Shown here one piece after another: positions 37,111-51,325 of a stretch of 64,000 nt of DNA; within the stretch, counting starts at the first letter, position 1, and the number at the start of each line of letters is the position of its first letter. The position numbers and the translations under genes were made by a program. The notes below the pieces were generated by a model. The model was not told the origin of the DNA. It made no database searches and saw nothing but the letters and a program-made list of their open reading frames with translations. Source of the DNA: Torpedo marmorata (lineage: Eukaryota); contig OZ360223.1 of NCBI GenBank assembly GCA_977017645.1, positions 37,572,001-37,636,000 of the forward strand, given 5' to 3'.

Positions 37111-37629
37111 ATAGCAATAACATGGGTGACTAATACTAAGATTTATTTCTGTAGGCTAAAATTGAAAAGTTGTGCTCAATGAGCATCAAGGATTGGCTAA
37201 ACAATGCTTGGAGTAATGTGTACTATTCTGGTCAGTCACTCTGGGGAGGAAGCAAAAGACCTTTGACAACGATAATACCAGGAATTTGTCAGTTGCAGAT
37301 TATCTTCTCAAAAGAGGCTCGAAGATTAGGGTTAGTTCTATTGCAAGTTTTTTATATTTTGATGGAGTTAATGCACAAAATTAATCAATTTCGGAGAGAG
37401 CAAAGTTAAGGCACTGAATAGTCACTAGGAAAACAGGTGTGGAGTGCTGAATTAGATAAATTAGATAAATTCTAGATGTAAAATAGATGTCTGTGGGTCC
37501 AGGTTTCTCCAGAAGAACTTGGATCTAGAAACAATTGACTCGAGAGGTGAATGCTGCTAAGTAACAGCCAACTCTGCACAGCTGCTCCAGCATACAAAAT
37601 ACCCCCAACAAACCAACAGCATCACTGTC

Positions 37630-38000
37630 CATAAAATGTACTGCAGCAAGGATGAGAGGTGACCTCATAGAGGTGTCTAAGACTATGAGGGACTGAGACA
37701 GAGAGGACAGCCAGCAACTTATTTCCTGGGGCAACAACACCTAATACCAGAGGACATCTGTTAAGGGTGAGTGGAGGAAAGCTTAGGGGAGACGTCAGAT
37801 CAAGTTTTTTTTACAGAGTGGTGGGTGCCCTGGAATGCATTGCTGGAGGTGGTGGTAGAGGTTGGTACAATAGGGATATTTATATAAAAAAACAGGCACA
37901 TGGATGGAAGAAAAATAGAGGGTAATGGGTGTGAGGTAGGGAAAAAATAGATTGTTGTGGAGTAGGTGCAACTTTGTGGGCTGTTATGTTCTCTGATGTT
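37630..38000 (+). mobile_element. CR1 3' end
   Basis: aggatgagaggtgacctcatagaggt..cagagtggtgggtgccctggaatgc followed by a CR1 tail. Confidence 0.75.
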
Positions 38001-38149
38001 ATGATTATACCAAGAGCACAAAGGAAAAGAAAGCAGCTTTGAGCAAAGTAGAAAGGTCAAGTATCCCTCTGTGCAAGAAATAAGCAATGTTTAATTTCCC
38101 TATCAACCCACGATTTACAAGTGGGAAGATTTACAAATGCGAACAGCAC

Positions 38150-39000
<851 letters not shown>

Positions 39001-39649
39001 TAACCCGAAGATCCCCGCCCTCAGTTTTCATTTAATTCCTTTGATCGGCCGTAATTGCTTCTGATGTGGGTTTGGGTGCTTCACGTCATTCAAAATGAGA
39101 TGCTCAAGAGATTCGCGGCAAAGTGCCAGTTTAAGGCTCCTTTCCTGTAACAAAGACTGTGAAACTAGCTCGTTCTGACACAAGTTAATGCTCATAAAAA
39201 AAATTTCAAACGCATTGCTGCTGCCCAGAATTATATCATATCAAGGAATTGCAGAAATATAGAATCAGAATTTATTGTCATGAACTTGTCATGAAATATA
39301 GTAGGATAATCCAAAGGCCTGGAGGTTGTGTTTGTGCTGTATTCTACATTGGTCAATTTTGTGAAAACATAAAAAAAACAATGCATATATAGAATTAGAA
39401 GCAAAATACAACCACCTTTTCAACATTATCCAACTGTTTTACACGAGGCCCTTTGTATTACCTGTTGCCATACTATAAGCATGTTCTAAGAGAGCAAATG
39501 GCTCACAATAAGGAACACTGTGAGGCATCTGTTCAGTTGAAGGTGCAGAGCTGACTGGGCTTCTGACTCCAGAAGCAGTTGCAAATGAACTGCTGTAATT
39601 GAAGGTGCAGTGAGTCTCTTTGGGGCCAGCAACTTATTGTGGTTCTGTT

Positions 39650-40550
39650 GTCATTAAAAACACAGGAGCAGGAGCAAATCATCCTGCTGTTTCAGCCTGC
39701 CATTCATCAAGATCACGGCAGTTCTTCATCATAAATGCCAATTTATTGCACTAACCCAATACCCCTGATACCCTTAATATCCAGAAATCCATTAATTTGT
39801 TTTAAATTAACTCAGTGACTGAACCTTCACTGTCCTCTGAGATAGAGATTTCCAATAATTCACCAGTTTGTAGAAATTTTGCCTCAGTTCAGTTGTTAAC
39901 AACCCGTTCCTTCCTCTGACACTGATTCTTCATTTTAGATTCTTGAAACAGGAGATATGTCCTCCCTGTATCTTGCCTGCTAAGCCTTGCAAGAAACAGA
40001 TTTCACATTCTTCATTGGAGAATAAGGACCATCTCTATTCAAACTCATCATATAGCAAATCCACCGTTCCAGTAAATTTTTGCCACATGTCATGCATTTC
40101 ATTTTGAATAGGGAGACAATAACCTTCTGCAATACTTCAGGTGTGGTCGTAACTGCAGTAAAGCATTTTTAAATATGCACTCAGACCCTCTTGTATTGAA
40201 AACCAACACAGATTGGCCTTCAGATCCAGGTTAGTTTTTGGTGATTTGTGCATGACACTTTGATTCCTTGGTAGAACAACAATGCACAATCTCTCACCAT
40301 TCAAAATGAAATACATTTTCATTTACTGTCTTGTGCACCGAAGTTGGTTAATTTCACGTTTTTCCACATTATAACAGGTGTACCATGTTCTTGCCCACTC
40401 ACAATGTCTGTATTTTGATGGCCTTTTGCATCCTCCTCCCTATTTGCAATCACGCTGAATTTTATATCATCAAGAAACTTGAAAATACAACATTTTGTCC
40501 CTTTAGCCTAATTGATATGGACATGAATAGCTGGAAACCCAACCCTCACC
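39650..40550 (-). mobile_element. Old degraded CR1 fragment
   Basis: CR1-like 3' tail near 39660 and decayed RT remnants (YFILNGERL). Confidence 0.55.
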
Positions 40551-41517
40551 CCCCCCCCCAAAAAAAAAAACATTGAAGTACAGTATTCTGTGAGTTGCAG
40601 CCTACTGACCAAAGTAAAGACTGGCATTTCATGCTGCATTTGTTGGTATAGATCTTCCTTTCAAGCTCCCTGTGAAAGATGTACAATGAATAAAGGTCTC
40701 CTGTTAACAAAAGCTACTCCTGACAAACCAGTTTATGGCTCCTAGTGGAAGGAGCGATGACAGGTTCTGGAATAGGTTTGGCAGCAAACCCAGATCTCTT
40801 CAGGTTTGTGTGGAAGACAAAATGACAAGGCTGATGTTTTGTTTGTTTAACTGTGGTTGCTGAGTCCCAGCTGCATTGGGGGGAAAAAAATTAAGGTGCT
40901 GTAACATTGATGTTTGAAAATGCAGATCTTGAAGTGGCATATATTGTACACATCGTTCCCCGATGGCTATAGTTGTACTTTTTGCAATGCGCTGTAGTAA
41001 GAAATGCTGCAGCTAACTTGAACACAGCATTGTCCCATGACCATGAGCGAATAAGCAGTTAATCTATGTTACTGAAGGTGTTGATATTGCTATTTAACAA
41101 ATTTTATGTTTTCAATTTACAATGAACGATATCTGTGAATTGTAACTGGATTTTTACACCTACCTAACAGTTTAAAGTGTTTTTAATGATATTGCTAACA
41201 GTGTACAGTTGTGTATCCAGTCATTTCTGGAGAATTTTGACTGTTAGTCCCAAACATCATGACATGGTTGGAATACTGAATGTTAAATAAAATCAGTTTT
41301 GGGTAAGTAGACATTTAAGGTGGAGATGTTTCAGCGACACAGGGGGCACGTTCCCATGAGACAGAAGGATGTGGAAAACATAGAGTTGTTTTGATGATCA
41401 AAATGATGGAGTAAAATAGAGCAGAAAGAAAGAACATATGACAGATGCAAAATTGTTAACAAAAATGAGCAGCAGACTAATTACACCAAGGTCAGATGGG
41501 AAGTATGAAAATAAATA

Positions 41518-42287
41518 CCGTATATTTCGGCAGATAAGTCGACCCCCCTTTTTCAGCCTCATTTTAATGGTTTTATGGTATATCCGGCGTATAAGTCGAC
41601 CCCCAAAAATCGCGATGCCTGAGATGTTGCGCATTGACCGGCGTATAAGTCGACCCCCAATTTTCAGGCTGTCTCGGCCTCCCAGCAACAACCCAAAATT
41701 TGTTACAACATCCCAATCGCCAAGGAACAAAGCTGTAAATTAAGCAAGTACCGGTAAGTAAAAAAAACAGTAAAAAAAACCTTTGCTTCTGGCCGGGAAG
41801 ATGCAGGTGCGGCGACGTCTTTCTCCTGAGCAGTAGCGGGGAGCTCGTTCTCCCGAGCAGGAGCGGGGACGTCTTTCTCCCGAGCAGGAGCGGGGAGCTC
41901 GTTCTCCCGAGCAGTAGCGGGGAGCTCGTTCTCCCGAGCAGGAGCGGGGAGCTTGTCTCCCGGGTAGGAGCGGGGACCTCGGGCTCTACAATTGTAGAAT
42001 GTCTGGGTGGTTTATGGCGGCGCCCGGCGGTGGGGAGGTGTCGGGGAGCGGCGGTGCCGGCGGTGGGGAGGCGCTTCCAGGGTCGACCTATATGCCGAAT
42101 CGTGTTTTCAGGGGTCGACTTATACGCCGAATCGTGTTTTCAGGGGTCGACATACGCCGAATCGGTGTGAACTCGATTTTGAGCTGATTTTAAGGTCTCA
42201 AAAGTATATCCGGCATATAAGTCGACCCCCGTTTTTTGAGACATTTTTGAGGGTTTCAAGGGTCGACTTATACGCCGAAATATACGG
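41518..42287. mobile_element. Tc2/pogo-like non-autonomous DNA transposon
   Basis: TA|CCGTATATTTCGGC...GCCGAAATATACGG|TA. Multiple subterminal CGGCGTATAAGTCGACCCC repeats and an internal ~27-bp GC-rich tandem. It interrupts an old CR1 (~41270-45900). Confidence 0.85.
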
Positions 42288-42851
42288 TAGCCAAAACAAA
42301 GAAAGTGTCTGAGAAAATACAGGCAGCAAATGTAAAAGGCAATCCGAAAATATTCAATAGGCATATGAACAAGAAAAGTATTATTGGAAGCGAAGTGGGA
42401 CCTCATAGATTTTGAGGATTTGGTTGAGGTACAAAGCAGAATTTTTATCAAGAACGAAGATGCTCCTGGAGTATGAGCACATGAAGATGTAGTTGTGATT
42501 CTGGATAGGTCAAAAATTGATGTCAAAACACTCGCTGTGCTTCAGTTGGATGAGTAATTTGGCCCAGATGTGATGCATCCTGGGTTTCTGAGGAAAGTAA
42601 GGGAGGAATTTGCAGAGGCTCTGGCCATAATCTTCCAAACAACTGTAAATTCGGAGGTGGCAACTGATGGTTGGAAATATTGCACCCCTGTTCAAAACGT
42701 ATAGATATTAACCTAACAATTGCAGAACCAGTAATGGGGAAAGCTCCAGAACAAAAGTAGCGACAGAATGACTGGAGTGTTTGACACTATGGATTGAGAA
42801 AACCAGAATGCATAGCTGAACGCATGTCACATCTAACTAAGAGTTTTTCTT

Positions 42852-45024
42852 TTTTTTTAATATTTTATTTTAAATTTTGAATTTTCTCACAGTAGTACAA
42901 CATACGTAATATACATTATTAATTCCAGTAAATAAAAATCATAATTTGTATTACAGTGTATCTAACCCATCCCTTAACCCACCCTCTATAATGTTGCTAC
43001 CCCACCCTCTACCCTTCCCCTCCCTTTAATTCCCTCCCCTTACTAAAAACTAAAAGAAAAGAACAGAAAGGAAGGCATTGGTATTATTAAAAAAACATCT
43101 GCACGGATCGCTGCTGGGTCCACGATTCAACGCGTGGCATTCAACAATATTTGTTCTTTAACTTTGAGAGAGTCAACAGGGTCTAGGATGTAGAGCAACA
43201 CATTTAAATATTCATACCTAATGATTGGATATATGGACGCCAAATTGGCAAAAATATCCCATATTTGTTTCTCATATTATATGTTATTTTTTCCAATGGA
43301 ATACAACTCCGCATCTCTATATTCCATCTATCCATGCCTAAATTTGTATCTGATTTCCAAGTTACTGCTATACACTTCCTTGCTACTGCTTAAGCAATTT
43401 TTACAAATTTCAATTGATATGTAGATAACTTCAACTTTGGTCTAGTTCCTTCCACATTCCCTAATAAAAATAAATCAGGATTCTGTGGAAATGTAACACC
43501 TGTAATTTGTTTTAACCGGTTCCCTAACTCTGTCCAAAAACATTTTACTTTAGGGCATAACCATGTTGAATGTAGAAAGGTTCCCACCTCTTCACCACAT
43601 CTAAAACACTTATTTGATAATGTAGATTTTATCTTATTCAATTTCTGTGGTGTAAGATATAGTTGATGTAAAAAATTATACTGTACTAATCTATATCTTA
43701 CATTAATAGTATTGGTCATACTATCTTGACATAAATCCGACCATCTTTTTTCATCAATTATAACATTAAGATCTTGCTCCCATCTTTGTCTAGATTTATG
43801 AAGCTGTAGAACCATTGGCAGAGGCAATTAGAAGTGATTTGGCAATTAAGGGATTTACAGTTGGTCAAGAGCAACATAAAATCAGTTTATTTGCGGATGA
43901 TGTTTTAATATATTTGACAGAGCCTGAGACTTCTCTGCAAAGATTGCATTTTAAATTGGAGGAATATGGGAAAGTTTCTGGTTATAAAATAAGCTGGGAT
44001 AAAAGTGAAATTATGCCTCTTACAGAGGGAGATTATACTTTATGTAAAAGAAGCACTCAGTTTAAATGGCCACATAATGCGATAAAATGTCTCGGGATTC
44101 GAACAGATAATAATTTAAAAAATCTATATAAGTGGAATTATTTACCACTACTTAAAAAGATTAAAGAAGATTTGGAAAAATTGATTAATTTACCTATTAA
44201 TGGAACCTTTACCTTTACATTGATAGGAAGAGTTAACTGTATTAAAATGAATATATTTCCAAGGATACAGTATTTGTATCAAACTATACCTATTTTATTA
44301 CCACAGGTTTTTTTCCAGGATTTAAATAAACAAGTGCGAAAATTTCTTTGGAAAGGTAAAATGTCAAGAGTTTCTATGGAACGTTTAACATGGAAATACG
44401 AATTGGGAGGTTTACAACTCCCTAATTTTAAAAATTATTACCGAGCGGCACAAATGAGATTTGTTACTTCTTTTTTTGAAAGTGAAGGAAGACCTGCATG
44501 GGTTGGAATAGAGCTTGGAGAAATAGGAGAAAAGGTACCAAAAGAATTTATATATAAATGGAATTCAAAATTATTGACAGGTGTTAAAGAAACACCGATA
44601 CTAAAACATTTGATTAATGTTTGGAACAAGATTAATGATGAGATAGGGATGAAAGGAACTATATCACCTAAAACTTCATTGATACAGAATAATCTTATAC
44701 CTTTTACAAAAGATCATCAATTTTTAAACATATGGTCACAGAAAGGAATAAAGAAGATAGAAGATTGTTATGAAGGGAACCAATTGATGTCATTTACACA
44801 ATTACGAAACAAATATGGAATACCCAATAATACTCTTTTTTGTTATTTTCAATTAAGAGGTTATTTAAGGGAGAAACTAGGTCCGGATATGTTGTTACAA
44901 GATTGTAGTGAGGTAGAAACCCTTATTAGGAAAGGAAATATTAAAAAATTTACTTCTATAATGTATTGTTTGTTATAAAGGGGAGTTTTAAAACAAGGAC
45001 TTCATAAATCTGGACAAAGATGGG
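42852..45024 (-). mobile_element. L1-clade LINE with 5' inversion
   Basis: Poly(A) tail and ORF2 C-terminal CCHC (CFRC..H..WLC) on minus 42852-43806. The inverted RT-distal segment (SLFADDVL; 387-aa ORF 43815-44978) is on plus. TSD ACTAAGAGTTTTTCTT at 42836-42851 and 45025-45040. Confidence 0.9.
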
Positions 45025-45911
45025 ACTAAGAGTTTTTCTTGATAAATATCAAAGGGTCAGTGAAGGATCTATGTTTGCTATATAGATGAACCTCCAAAAG
45101 GCAAAGGTCAGGTAATGGTCTTATCATTAAGACTATCGAATAAAAGATTCCAAAGGAAAGGAAATTGGTGAAGTAACAGGAAACAGTAGTAGTATTTGGA
45201 TTGGAGAGAAGTATACATTGTTCATCATTTACTTTGAAATGCTCAGGGCACAATTCCAAATTTACGGATGACTGAGGGAATATTGCAGAAGGTTGGTAAT
45301 TGACTAAGGAAATATGGCAAAACTGGTGGAATCAGTGGAAAGGTAGCAGATGAAATTTAATTTTGTGAGTTGCAGTTCCGTTTTGAAAGAGTGAGAAGAG
45401 GCAATACTAAGAGCACAAATTTAAAGGGGATAGAAGACAGAGAAATGTGGGCAAATTTATGCATGATTTATTGAACGATTAAAAATGGTTGGGAGAAAGA
45501 AAACGTTCAAAGTCCTGGACTTTGCAAGTAGAGGTATAGAATTCAAGAGAAATTAAGTCATAACAAATCTTTAGGAAACATTTGGCCATAACTGGGTGTT
45601 TGGTCCATTTTTGGGCACCATGGTTTGGAAAGAGTTCTGAAGAGATTTACAAAATTGATTTTTGGAATGCAGGACATTACTTATGTTTTGATTGGATAGG
45701 CAGTGTTTTTCATGGAACAGGGGAATTTGTGAGGGGATCTGATAAAGATAGGTAAAATCATAAAGCACATTGACAGACTGGTAAAAGAAGCTATTTCCAT
45801 TGGTTAAGAGCCAGGGTGAAACAATGAAGGTATTTGTTAAAAGCTTCAAAAGGAGAACTCTTCATACAGTGAAAGAAAGGGATTTTCAAGGCTTTGGGGA
45901 GAATGCAGGAG

Positions 45912-46348
45912 AATGTGGCATTGACTTTTCAGGTGAGGTGGGAGGGAAGGAAAAGACAAGCAGGTTTAGTGGAAAGCAGAAAAGTCAATGTGGCATTGAC
46001 TTTTCTGCTTTCCACTAAACCTGCTTGTCTTTTCCTTCCCCTCCCCCCTCACCTGTCCTTCCAGTTTTTTTCCACCCACTCAGCCATCCCTCCTCCCCCT
46101 CTTTGCTGCTGTCCCCTCCCTCCTTTCTCCACCTATCATCTCCTGCCTTTGCCACCCTTCCCCCCCCCCTCACTCTTTTGTTCGGATGCCTGCCGGCATT
46201 TTCTCATTCTTTGATGAAGGGCTCAAGCCTGAAACGTTGGTTATGATTTCTACCTTTGATACATAAAAGACACTGTTTGACCTGCTGAGTTTCTCCAGCA
46301 TTTGTGTTTTATACTTCAACCACGGTGTCTACAGATTTTCGTGTTTTA
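45912..46348 (+). mobile_element. Penelope-like pLTR with short inverted 5' copy (hairpin)
   Basis: Reverse complement of 1920-2270; inverted repeat 45929-46054; hammerhead-like motif at 46205-46245. Confidence 0.85.
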
Positions 46349-46478
46349 ATTATGTTAACCAGATTTTTTTTGTAATTTTATATTACTGGGCAGAGTGTCC
46401 TTGCTCTTCAATTGAATCAGTTCTCAGTTTAACTTCTTGTGAAAGAATGCAGCTCTCATTCTTTACTGCACAGGTGTA

Positions 46479-46810
46479 CAGGCAGTCCCCGGGTTATGAA
46501 CGAAATCCGTTCCTAAGTCTGGCTTTAAGTCAAATTTGTAGGTAAGTCGGAACAGGTACATACGGTTCTTATTTAGCATCAGTTAATCAAATTTCTTGAA
46601 GTAGACATCAAGGGAGGTTTGTACAGAGCTTTTCTTGCATCGGATTTACGCTTTGGAGGCATGGTTACAAGGGTAAATAACCATGATCCGACTTAAAATG
46701 GCGGACGGCGTTCTCCTTCCTCGAGCCGACGAACCACTGAAGCTGCGTGAAGTCCGTTCGTAAGTATAAGTTGTCTGTAAGTCTGACATTTGTAACCCGG
46801 GGACTGCCTG
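46479..46810. mobile_element. Tigger/pogo-like MITE
   Basis: TA|CAGGCAGTCCCCGGGTTA...TAACCCGGGGACTGCCTG|TA. Confidence 0.85.
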
Positions 46811-47010
46811 TATCAATCTAGATTTTCATGCTCAAGTTATTTGTCGTGATCCTTGAACCCTACTCTCAAGGAGAGGTAGTGTCAATTAAGATTTTGTTAG
46901 TGATGTATCACACAAAATCAACCAAAATTGATGTGTCTTATACAACTTGTTTTGATTCACAGTCTTGATGAGACACACATCAGTGATAATGTTGCAAGAT
47001 ATTCCTCTCA

Positions 47011-48342
47011 CAGTGCCCTTCATAATGTTTTGGACAAAGACACTTTTTTTCCTTTATTTGTCCCTGTGCTTCACAGTTTTAAATTTGTAATCAAACAATT
47101 CACATGTGATTAAAGTGCACATTCCAGATTTTATTCAAGGTTATTTGCATACATTTTTGTTTGAACAAGTAGAAATTATAGCACTTTTTATACTTACCGG
47201 TAGTTCCCCCATTTCAGGGCACCATAATGTTTGGGACATTTGGCTTCACAGGTGTTTGTGAGTATTCAGGTATGTTTAATTGCTTCATTAGTGCAGGTAT
47301 AAGAGAGCTAGGCTTGCTTCTAAGCTTTTGATCACCTTTGGAGTCTGTAGTTGCCATTTTTTTCAATATGAGGAGCAGAGTTGTGTCAATGAAAGCCAAA
47401 GAAGCCATTAGGAGGCTGAAAAACAAGAATAAAACAGTCAGAGACATTGCCCAAACCTTAGGATGACAAACATCAACTGTTTGGCACATCATTAAGAAGA
47501 AAGAGTGTACTGAGCTCAGTAATCACAAAGGGACTGGTTGACCAAGGAATAAAGCGTGGAGGTATAAAGGAACTGCCCAAGATCGAAAGCATAACACCTC
47601 ATCTGTGAAACGTGGTTGTGGGGGTGTTATGGCCTGGGCATGTATGGCTGCCACTGGTACTCGCGCACTTATCTTCATTGATGATGTAACTGCTTATGGC
47701 AGTAGCAAAATGAATTCTGAGGTGTATACAAACATCTTATCTGCTCAAGTTCGAGCAAATGCCTCCAAACTCACTGAACGGCGCTTCATCCTACAGCAAG
47801 ACAATGATCCCTAAAATACTGCTAAAGCAACAAAGAGGTTTTTCAAAGCTAAAACTAGAAAATTCTTGAATGGCCAAGTCAGTCACCCGATCCAAATCCA
47901 ATTGTGCATGCCTTCCATATGCTGAAGAGAAAACTTAAGGGGACAAGTCCCCGAAACAAGCAGGAGCTGAAGATGGCTGCAGTAGAGGCCTGGCAGAGCA
48001 TCACCAGAGAAGATACTCAGCACCTGGTGATGTCAATGAATCACAGACTTCAAGCAGTCATTGCATGCAAGGGATATGCAACAAAGTACTAAACATGACT
48101 AATACGCATACCATTGCTCTGTTCCAAATATTATGGTGCCCTGAAATGAGGGGGCTATGCATAAAAAGTGCTGTAATTTCTACATGGTCAAAGCAAAATG
48201 TGTACAAATAACCTTGAATAAAATTGAGAATATGCACTTTAATCACATGTGAATTGCTTGATTACAAATTTGAAACAGTGGAGAACAGGGGCAAATAATG
48301 GAGAAAAAAGTGTCTTTGTCCCAAACTTTATGGAGGGCACTG
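47011..48342 (+). mobile_element. Tc1-like transposon (IR/DR type), internally deleted transposase
   Basis: TIRs of ~230 bp starting CAGTGCCCT with inner direct repeats. Transposase remnants read KRGCGGVMAWAC..FILQQDNDP..SMNHRLQAVIACKGYATKY. Right flank is TA; left flank is CA. Confidence 0.9.
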
Positions 48343-50400
48343 TATATTGTTCTTGTTAATGCTTGCTTTGTGTTTCTGTTTACTAGCTATTGTAGAATCT
48401 TTAATCATTCTCTTTCAATCCTGCTGAATAATCAAGTTGGACATACAGCAGAAACAGGAGTTTCCTTTGTACATTCATTAGTGGCCTGTCACTTCATGCG
48501 TCAAAATTTTCACTGTTTTTATTCACCGCAAGAGTACGTGAAGCAAGTCAGGTCTCATAATTATTGGTAAGGGATCAGTGCTGTGGGAGTCTTCTGCACT
48601 GCTGATGCATCCCATCATTCTTATGGCATTCCTTCCACACATGAAGTAAGGTTTTGCAGTAGGCTGTACACTACATTTCATTGGCTTAATGCCTTGGATG
48701 CTAACTTATTGTTCCTGAGCTGGATAACATCTACCTAACCCAGTCTCATTTGTCTGTTACATCTGCTTTGACTACTGTGCAGAAATTATATAATTTCAAA
48801 ACTTAATGCTGAATAGGTTTCAATGTGCTTACTTAAGGCTTGTACCTTATGCTTGAATATATACATTTGGACTTATTTTTCTATTCCAAGTCTCCCTAAA
48901 ATATTAGGTAAAATGACTAGGAACGAACTTGGGTAACTTATGGTAATTTTTAATGAAACGTTTTGTTGAAATAAGATGAAGCATTGATCCTCATGATTGT
49001 GGAACATACATAGTTAATTTGCTTTGGAAATTGGAAACAATTAGATAGAAATTATGCTAATTCACTGAGATTATTTCATTGAAATGTGAATCGTGGTAAT
49101 TGCTGGCACATTGCTCATTGCATTGCAAGAATAATTTCAGTTGTATTGATGGTCCAAATATACTTGTTAGTTGTCTGTTTAATACATTTGTAGGTTACCT
49201 TGACCCACAGAGAGAGTGGACAGACATGTACAGTAGATGTCAGAAATAACTGATCAGGCAGAGTTATGAAGAGTGATACAGTTAATGAGTAAGTAAGTTT
49301 GGTGACTTTTCATCATTTCAGGTAAATGGTCACCACCCTGTAATGTTGGAGATTGCTTGATGAAACCTACTTCAACATCTTGCAGTTAGAGATGATCAAG
49401 ATCACGTTCCGTATCATATTCATCTCCATTATATCTGTATGAAAAAAGCCAGAGACATGAACTTCTTAGAGAATGGGTTAGATTTTCAGTTCTGGTAGTT
49501 TGTATTTTAAATATTGAAAATGTGCTGTGCAACAATTTTATTTGCTTCAACTTTTTGCCAAGGCCTGCCAGCTCTCCAGATTGTTTTGAAACTTCCAATA
49601 ATTAGAAATTAACCTCTTGAACTTTGCAGTAAGAACCCCCAGGGGAGGAATGGGGAACTCTAAAAATGAATATTGAATGGTGAATCTGGTTTCTTAGTTT
49701 CTGAAGGCTGTGCACATCTGTTTGAAATGCTAAGACAATGTTCACTCCATGGAAAAATAATTTGAGTAGCTCAGTTCTTAAAACAATTACGGTATGTAAT
49801 TTGATGAAACCATTGCATTGGTTCAATTCTAACTTAATTTATAATTTTCTTTTAAGTTTCCAGTCTCGTGTATGTGATGTTGGGATAGGGGAGGACAGTG
49901 GAAAAAACAATTGGAAGATGAAATGAAAAGGACCATGGTTAATCAGTGACATACAGCAGGTGACTATTAGTTGAGAAATGATGATCAAGAACTAACTAGA
50001 GAAACAAGGGAGTCATCATTTTGTTAAGAACTATATTCATCTTAATTACTCCAAATCCTGATTCTACTTCCAGTGTTAGACCTGGGAGGAGGGTGAAAAT
50101 GAAATATTTGCATTAGAGCTGTAGGCTTTATATTTTAGATGCATGTTCAGAATTTAGAAATTGTTTATCTTTTGTTCGATGCATAGAGGTCACTTTCAGA
50201 ATTTGCTCATGATGTCATCCTCTTACTGAGCTCAATTTTATCTTCAGTTTCTTATTCTAGAGTGTTTATAATATGCTACCCTTGTACCACACTCTGGCTT
50301 TCAACCAGAATATGTTTGCAATTGTCTGTGTGAAGGGTTACATCAAATAAGAGGGGACAACATATTTATCAGTAGTGCTCATGTTAAAAATCTTTTAATA

Positions 50401-50589
50401 CAGAACCCCTGTTATCCAGAATTCAAGCAACCGGCAAAAAAATAACGGAAAATAAATAGGTAATACAGAAGTTTAAAATTGGCGCACCTCGCCATTAGTT
50501 CACCAATCACGTAATCTCAAGCAACCGGAAAATTCACTTATCCGGAATCTACCAATTCCCATAGGTGCCAGATACCAGGGGTTTTACTG
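50401..50589. mobile_element. Tigger-like MITE
   Basis: TA|CAGAACCCCTGTTATCC...GATACCAGGGGTTTTACTG|TA. A partial copy lies at ~55065-55131. Confidence 0.7.
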
Positions 50590-50677
50590 TATTTAGAACA
50601 TTTTCTGAGATGCATGCCATCGATGTTTTTTAAAGTTATTTGACAGACATTGAAATTCAATTCTAGGTTTCAATCTT

Positions 50678-50832
50678 TTTTTTTTTTTTTTAAATATTTT
50701 ATTTTAAGATTTTCAACTTTTTCACAATAATACAAAATAATGTAAAATATACATTAAACATCAGTTAAATTCGATACATAGGAATTTCGTATTACCATGA
50801 ATCTAACCCCATCTAAACCACCCTTGCTGAAA
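50678..50832 (-). mobile_element. Severely 5'-truncated L1 (3' UTR plus poly A)
   Basis: Same 3' end as 42852-42970; apparent TSD CAATCTT on both sides. Confidence 0.7.
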
Positions 50833-51074
50833 CAATCTTAATGAAAATCAAGTTAAGAATATTACATGATGAGTCCAGTCAGTTTGTTCTCCAAATTTTT
50901 AATAATGATGGTTATCATGCTGACATTTTGAGGAGTTAAGGGGAAAATAGTGGATAGAAGATATAGGGAAGTGGGACTAATGGGATTGCCCTTGGAGCCA
51001 GTAGAGACAAAGTGGCCCAAATAGCCTCAACTGTCATAACAAAATGTGGAAAATACAAGGTTCCTGATTTACAT

Positions 51075-51325
51075 GGGCGGCACGGTTAGCGGAGTGGTTA
51101 GCGCAACGCTATTACAGTGCTAGCAACCTGGGTTAGACTCAACCGTTGTCAGTAAAGAGTTTGCATGTTCTCCCTGTGACTGAGTGGGTTTCCTCTGGAT
51201 GCTCCAGTTTTCTCCCACGTTCCAAAGACACACAGGTTAGTAGGTAAATTGGTCATCTGGATGTAATTGGGCAGCACGGGCACATGGGCCGTAAGGACCT
51301 GCAACCGTGCTGTATCTCCAAATTA
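51075..51325 (+). mobile_element. tRNA-derived V-SINE (HE1-like)
   Basis: tRNA-like head, V-domain gagtttgcatgttctccc..gtgggtttcctc and a CR1-like tail. Confidence 0.8.

Noticed and set aside
41398-42526. ORFs with repeated RRISRPP / GVDLYAE motifs
   Set aside because: They are translations of the subterminal DNA repeats of the Tc2-like element.
43815-44978. 387-aa ORF as a candidate nested or domesticated gene in FAM120A intron 1
   Set aside because: It is an internal piece of L1 ORF2 inside a TSD-bounded insertion, with a non-ATG start at the inversion junction.
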